Of a DNA stretch of 32,000 bases, positions 27,276-32,000 are shown piece after piece. This DNA comes from Erysipelotrichaceae bacterium (lineage in GTDB: Bacteria > Bacillota_I > Bacilli_A > Erysipelotrichales > Erysipelotrichaceae), in contig JAUVVC010000003.1 in NCBI GenBank assembly GCA_030604855.1, forward strand, positions 60,001 through 92,000, written 5' to 3'. Position 1 is the stretch's first letter, and each line of letters starts with the position of its first letter. Under the pieces are notes generated by a model. The model worked only from the letters and a program-made list of their open reading frames with translations, was not told where the DNA came from and did no database searches. The position numbers were made by a program, and so were the translations under genes.

Positions 27276-27460
27276 TTCCAATTGAATAGTATCAAGGACA
27301 ATGGACAAAGTATAAATGTATCAATATATAGAAAAAATGCATAACTTTGTCTTTTTTTATACTTTTTTCACATCTTCATAAGTTTGTGACAATTGAGGAT
27401 TAAGATTCATTTGTCAAAGAAATAGACAAAGAAAAATACAGATGAAAAAAGGAGCTTTAT

Positions 27461-27706
27461 ATGATGAGTGGATTTCCCTTCTATAGGATGAATGGTTTGT
27501 TTGGAAGTTGGAGTTGGTTAGGTATGTTGATGTGCATCGCAATTGTAGTTCTAATCGTTATTGGAGTTGTCACATTGTTTAGTCGATCGAATAAGAATAA
27601 GTACAATGAGCGTTCAAACGCTGGCTTAGAAATTCTTAAAGAGCGCCTTGCACGAGGTGAAATTAGTAAAGATGAATACGAAAAAATAAGAAAGGACTTA
27701 TATTGA
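27461..27706 (+). CDS. Small membrane protein with C-terminal SHOCT domain (81 aa)
   Basis: TM helix, then LEILKERLARGEISKDEYEKIRKDL. It ends with a TGA stop 13 nt before the next ATG. Confidence 0.8.
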   Translation: MMSGFPFYRMNGLFGSWSWLGMLMCIAIVVLIVIGVVTLFSRSNKNKYNERSNAGLEILKERLARGEISKDEYEKIRKDLY

Positions 27707-27719
27707 AAGGAGACCAACT

Positions 27720-28568
27720 ATGAAAAAATTAATTACAACGACACTTATTATATTGATGTTGGCAATATCCTTCGTATCTGTCATAGCACAAGAAGGCGAA
27801 ATGCGTAGTATCGATGAGATTGTTTTGGACATTCGCGCGGATTTAGGATTGAGTACGGATGCGGTAATCGATCCAGCTTTGGTAGATGCAGCACGATTAG
27901 AAGAACTTGGTGATTCTGTAATGGAAGCTTACTTTAACAATACTGAGTTACATGAAGAGTGGGATGAATATTTGGGCGGAGAGAATTCTGAAACGCTAGA
28001 GAATGTGCATATTCAACTTGGGGTTGACTATCTCAAGGGGTATCCTATTACAATGATGTCATTCATGCCATTTGATACAACGCGTTCATTTGATTCGAAT
28101 CGTGGATTCGGTATGATGGGTGGCTTCAATCAATCAAATTACGGTTATGGTGGAATGATGGGTGGCTACAATCAATCAAACTTCGGTTATAGAGGAATGA
28201 TGGGTGGCTACAATCAATCAAACTTCGGTTATAGAGGTATGATGGGTGGCTACAATCAATCAAACTTCGGTTATAGAGGAATGATGGGTAATTGGTTTGG
28301 TCAAAATTCGATTTCCTCACAGAGTGCACCAAATATTACATATGGTTCATATGGAATGATGAACACATTTGGATTTGGTGGTATGTTTATAGGGATGCTC
28401 GGCTTTGTGTTGGTGATCGTTTTAATTGTTCTTGTGATTTCACGTTTGTTTAACAGGCAACAAACATCGGTTTACTCAGATAACGCCTTGGATATTTTGA
28501 AAGTGCGATATGCTCGAGGTGAAATCGATCGTGAAGAATACATTCGTTCTTCAAACTTGATTCGATAG
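27720..28568 (+). CDS. Secreted/membrane protein with 4 x 14-aa MGGYNQSNFGYRGM repeats, a TM helix and a C-terminal SHOCT domain
   Basis: Signal peptide, repeat block, helix FIGMLGFVLVIVLIVLVI, then LDILKVRYARGEIDREEYIRS. Confidence 0.8.
   Translation: MKKLITTTLIILMLAISFVSVIAQEGEMRSIDEIVLDIRADLGLSTDAVIDPALVDAARLEELGDSVMEAYFNNTELHEEWDEYLGGENSETLENVHIQLGVDYLKGYPITMMSFMPFDTTRSFDSNRGFGMMGGFNQSNYGYGGMMGGYNQSNFGYRGMMGGYNQSNFGYRGMMGGYNQSNFGYRGMMGNWFGQNSISSQSAPNITYGSYGMMNTFGFGGMFIGMLGFVLVIVLIVLVISRLFNRQQTSVYSDNALDILKVRYARGEIDREEYIRSSNLIR
28116..28283 (+). repeat. 4 x 42-bp in-frame tandem repeat (coding)
   Basis: Units at 28116, 28158, 28200 and 28242. The last three are nearly identical. Confidence 0.9.
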
Positions 28569-28575
28569 ATTAATC

Positions 28576-28598
28576 AGACCCGAAAGGGTCTTTTTTTT
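28576..28598 (+). terminator. Intrinsic terminator
   Basis: GACCC-gaaa-GGGTC followed by TTTTTTTT. Confidence 0.85.
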
Positions 28599-28715
28599 GC
28601 TTAAGGCATATCAGTTGATGGAAAGCATGATTATATAGATTTGAATGAGTGTTTCTTCATTTTATCTTCATAGGTACTTGATAGGATTGATGCATACCCA
28701 TAAAAAAGGAGATCT

Positions 28716-31184
28716 ATGCAACAAACATTTCGTATTGAGGGCATGACCTGCGCAGCTTGTGCTTCAAAAATTGAAAAAATAAGTCTAAAACATGAGGGCA
28801 TCACATCAGCAATGGTAAACTTCGCCTCAGAAAAGCTCCATCTTGACTATGAACCCAATCCAACAGTAATAAAAGACATCCAAGATGCAATTACTAAAGC
28901 TGGATATACTTTGATTCTAGAATCCAATTACAAACAGATCGTTCTTCCTATTGAAGGCATGACCTGCGCAGCATGTGCTCAGAAAATTGAGAAATCATTG
29001 AGCAAACTCCAAGGTGTTGAACAAGCATCTGTAAACTATGCGACAGAGAAACTAAGTGTCAGTTATGATCCGACACGGATTCGTATCTCAGAGATTAAGG
29101 CGAGTATTATACACCTCGGTTATACTCCTTTGGAAAGTATTGGAACACAAGCTGTAGATGAGGATAAGCTTCGTAAAGAAAAAGCGATCCGTACGTTGTG
29201 GATTAAATTCTTTGTGTCCAGTATCTTCGCATTACCTTTACTCTATATTGCGATGGTTCCAATGCTTCCACAATTGGGTCTACCGTTGCCGATGGAACTC
29301 AACCCAATGATGGAGCCCGTTAACTATGCCTATGCTCAAGTCATTTTGACACTACCTATTTTGATCGCTGGTTACCGATTCTACACAGTCGGGTTTAGAG
29401 CCATTTGGCAAAAGTCACCAAATATGGACTCATTGATCGCGATTGGAACAGCTGCAGCTGTCATTTACAGTGCGTATACCGTGTACGAGATTCTTAATGG
29501 TATTTATACCAATGTTAATAATATGTACTTCGAAACAGCCGGGATCATCGTAGCGTTGATTCTGCTCGGAAAAGCACTTGAGTCCGTTACGAAAGGAAAG
29601 ACGTCTGAAGCAATCAAGAAACTCATTGGCTTGGCACCAAAGACAGCCCTCGTCTTACACGATGGTAAAGAGGTCATCCTTGCCGTTGATGAAGTTGAAG
29701 TAGGCGATATCGTCATTGTGAGACCAGGGGAAAGGATTCCAGTGGATGGCGTTGTTATTGAAGGTCATACTTCAATTGACGAATCCATGCTTACTGGGGA
29801 GAGTCTACCTGTGGATAAAAGTGTTAATGATCCAGTTTATGCAGCGAGTATCAATACAAATGGCATGATTCGTTTCAAAGCGACAAAAGTCGGTGCCGAC
29901 ACAGCGTTAGCTCAAATCGTAAAACTTGTTGAAGATGCCCAAGGATCAAAAGCACCCATCGCACAGTTGGCAGATACTGTCGCGGGTAAATTCGTGCCTG
30001 TAGCCTTTGCGATTGCTCTGTTCTCTGCTTTAGCTTGGTATTTGAGTGGAGAGTCCATTACTTTCTCTTTAACCATCTTTATTTCAGTTCTGGTAATCGC
30101 ATGTCCATGTGCACTTGGTTTAGCAACACCAACGGCAATCATGGTTGGGACAGGAAAAGGTGCTGAGAATGGTGTTCTGATTAAGAGTGGAGAGGCGCTC
30201 GAGACGGCTTATAAGGTGAATACGATTGTTTTTGATAAAACGGGCACCATTACTGAAGGCAAACCAGTTGTAACCGATGTGGTCGTTTTAGCCGATATTG
30301 AACAGGATGAACTCTTGCGTATCGCAGCTTCTGCAGAAAAGGGATCGGAACATCCTCTTGGGGCTGCGATCGTTAAGGGAGCTCTTAGTAAAGGATTAGA
30401 GTTATCCGAACTCTCGAACTTCAAGGCCATTCCAGGTCATGGGATTACAGTGAATGTCGAGGGTAAGCTGGTTCATCTGGGCAACCGTAAACACATGGTC
30501 TCAAATGATGTATCACTAGCGAACTCATTAGAAACATCGGATCGCTTGGCAGATGAAGGGAAGACGCCCATGTACCTTGCTATTGATGGACGCCTAGCTG
30601 GCTTGATTGCAGTTGCGGACGTCGTTAAGAAGAGCAGTGCGCAAGCAATTAAGCAGCTTCAAAAAATGGGTATTGATGTCGCAATGATTACGGGTGATAA
30701 TCGTAAAACAGCAAATGCGATTGCACGACAAGTGGGGATTGAAACAATTTTGGCTGAAGTATTACCACAGGATAAATCAAATGAAGTCAAGAAACTTCAA
30801 ACAATGGGACGTAAAGTCGCCATGGTCGGCGATGGAATCAATGATGCCCCAGCATTGGTACAAGCAGATATTGGAATCGCGATTGGTTCAGGTACAGATG
30901 TTGCGATGGAGTCAGCAGATATCGTCTTAATGCGAAGTGATTTGATGGATGTGCCTACAGCACTCCTCTTAAGTAAGAAGACAATTCGCAACATCAAGGA
31001 GAACCTTTTCTGGGCATTTGCTTACAATCTTCTCGGTATTCCAGTTGCGGCTGGATTACTCCATATTTTCGGAGGTCCAACCTTGAATCCAATATTCGCT
31101 GCAGCAGCAATGTCCTTATCTTCCGTATCCGTTTTAACCAACGCACTTCGCCTTCGATCTTTCAAAGTGCCCAAAGCGATCTAA
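28716..31184 (+). CDS. copA: Copper-translocating P1B-type ATPase with two N-terminal HMA domains
   Basis: GMTCAAC twice, the CPC motif ([11 protein letters not shown]), DKTGT and GDGINDAP. Confidence 0.95.
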   Translation: MQQTFRIEGMTCAACASKIEKISLKHEGITSAMVNFASEKLHLDYEPNPTVIKDIQDAITKAGYTLILESNYKQIVLPIEGMTCAACAQKIEKSLSKLQGVEQASVNYATEKLSVSYDPTRIRISEIKASIIHLGYTPLESIGTQAVDEDKLRKEKAIRTLWIKFFVSSIFALPLLYIAMVPMLPQLGLPLPMELNPMMEPVNYAYAQVILTLPILIAGYRFYTVGFRAIWQKSPNMDSLIAIGTAAAVIYSAYTVYEILNGIYTNVNNMYFETAGIIVALILLGKALESVTKGKTSEAIKKLIGLAPKTALVLHDGKEVILAVDEVEVGDIVIVRPGERIPVDGVVIEGHTSIDESMLTGESLPVDKSVNDPVYAASINTNGMIRFKATKVGADTALAQIVKLVEDAQGSKAPIAQLADTVAGKFVPVAFAIALFSALAWYLSGESITFSLTIFISVLVIACPCALGLATPTAIMVGTGKGAENGVLIKSGEALETAYKVNTIVFDKTGTITEGKPVVTDVVVLADIEQDELLRIAASAEKGSEHPLGAAIVKGALSKGLELSELSNFKAIPGHGITVNVEGKLVHLGNRKHMVSNDVSLANSLETSDRLADEGKTPMYLAIDGRLAGLIAVADVVKKSSAQAIKQLQKMGIDVAMITGDNRKTANAIARQVGIETILAEVLPQDKSNEVKKLQTMGRKVAMVGDGINDAPALVQADIGIAIGSGTDVAMESADIVLMRSDLMDVPTALLLSKKTIRNIKENLFWAFAYNLLGIPVAAGLLHIFGGPTLNPIFAAAAMSLSSVSVLTNALRLRSFKVPKAI

Positions 31185-31187
31185 ATC

Positions 31188-31451
31188 ATGAAAATTCAAG
31201 ATGAATCGAAACGCGACATTCAAGATCAACTCAGCAAGATCGAACAACAAGTAAAAGTGGTGCGTTCTTTAATTGAGCATAATGAGGTTTGTGTTGAAAT
31301 TATTGATCATGTCGCTTCGATTCGACTTGAATTGAAAATGATATCAAAGTTGATTGCGGAACGACATTGTGTTCAACGTTTGCATAATGGAAGATTAACA
31401 GAAGAACAATTGACATCAATCACAAAGATGATCAAGCAACTTATCGTATAG
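31188..31451 (+). CDS. csoR: CsoR/RcnR-family metal-sensing repressor (DUF156)
   Basis: 87 aa. The C...H...C ligand pattern (VCVEIIDH ... RHC) and the position directly after copA fit this family. Confidence 0.75.
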   Translation: MKIQDESKRDIQDQLSKIEQQVKVVRSLIEHNEVCVEIIDHVASIRLELKMISKLIAERHCVQRLHNGRLTEEQLTSITKMIKQLIV

Positions 31452-31517
31452 TTGTTGAACTCTATCGTGAAGTAAATTAAGTTAAAACGTACACAAGACC
31501 ACTGAGGAGAAGCAACA

Positions 31518-32000
31518 TTGGAAAACTTTCAAAAGGTGACATTGAACATCGCCGGAATGACCTGTACTGGCTGCGAATACAAAATTGAAACCAAACTTAA
31601 GAAGACACAAGGCATCATCATCGTTCGAGCCGACCATGTTAAAGGAACGGTTCGTTTGACCTTTGATCGAGCTTTGATTTCACTTAAAAACATCAAGTTA
31701 ATACTACGTAAGCTCGACTATGATGTCATTGAACATGAACGTAAAGCAAAAGAAGAGAAATCTTATATTCTTGATAAGATCATCGACATCGCTTTGATTG
31801 GGTTAAGTCTAAACTTCATATATCATTTCGTAGCACGCGTCGGTTTGTTGGAAATCTTCAATCAATTTCCTAAAGTTGAAGCTAATATGGGCTATGGCAT
31901 ACTCTTCATTGTAGGTGTATTGACATCACTTCACTGTGTTGCGATGTGTGGTGGAATCAATTTGAGTGCAAGTTTATCCACGGATCGTGAAACTAAGAAA
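31518..32000 (+). CDS. HMA domain fused to a TauE/SafE-like membrane protein (3'-partial)
   Basis: TTG start 7 nt after GAGGAGA. GMTCTGC metal-binding motif, then TM segments with LHCVAMCGG. The ORF runs off the window. Confidence 0.7.
   Translation, partial: MENFQKVTLNIAGMTCTGCEYKIETKLKKTQGIIIVRADHVKGTVRLTFDRALISLKNIKLILRKLDYDVIEHERKAKEEKSYILDKIIDIALIGLSLNFIYHFVARVGLLEIFNQFPKVEANMGYGILFIVGVLTSLHCVAMCGGINLSASLSTDRETKK

Noticed and set aside
28116-28283. The 42-bp tandem repeat as a non-coding satellite
   Set aside because: It is in frame inside the 27720-28568 ORF and encodes a regular 14-aa peptide repeat.

Overview
The window spans the junction between a large integrated mobile element (1 to about 18.9 kb, left end outside the window) and ordinary low-GC Firmicute-type chromosome (18.95-32 kb). 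The chromosomal part encodes a GH3 lipoprotein, a Crp/Fnr regulator, a nucleoside hydrolase, a cdaR-gntP-glxK glycerate cluster, a DUF1232 protein, two SHOCT proteins, copA-csoR and an HMA-TauE gene. Main observation: many element genes are intact only if TGA is read as a sense codon (code-4-like, most likely Trp). By hand translation, 21 in-frame TGA and no in-frame TAA/TAG occur across nine genes on both strands. Reading through restores RBS-plus-signal-peptide starts and merges track fragments into ORFs of 840, 643, 445+ and 391 aa. No element gene stops with TGA, whereas the flanking host genes do use TGA as a stop (glxK and a SHOCT gene). Recoding is modular: the integrase, parA/RHH partition genes, the toxin and a few other genes are TGA-free and use only TGG for Trp. 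The element also carries several other features. (1) A textbook type III toxin-antitoxin layout: promoter, 2 x 52-nt RNA repeats, terminator, ToxN/CptN-like ORF. (2) Five copies of a conserved 80-95-nt leader, each driving small, mostly acidic ORFs. (3) A family of near-identical AACACC/GGTGTT terminators. (4) A 1.3-kb ORF-free region with long-range helices that may be a large ncRNA or an origin. (5) A MobC-like RHH protein, a VirB6-like membrane protein and a BspA-type LRR surface protein. No tRNA, rRNA or CRISPR array was found. No UCA-anticodon suppressor tRNA is visible in the window.
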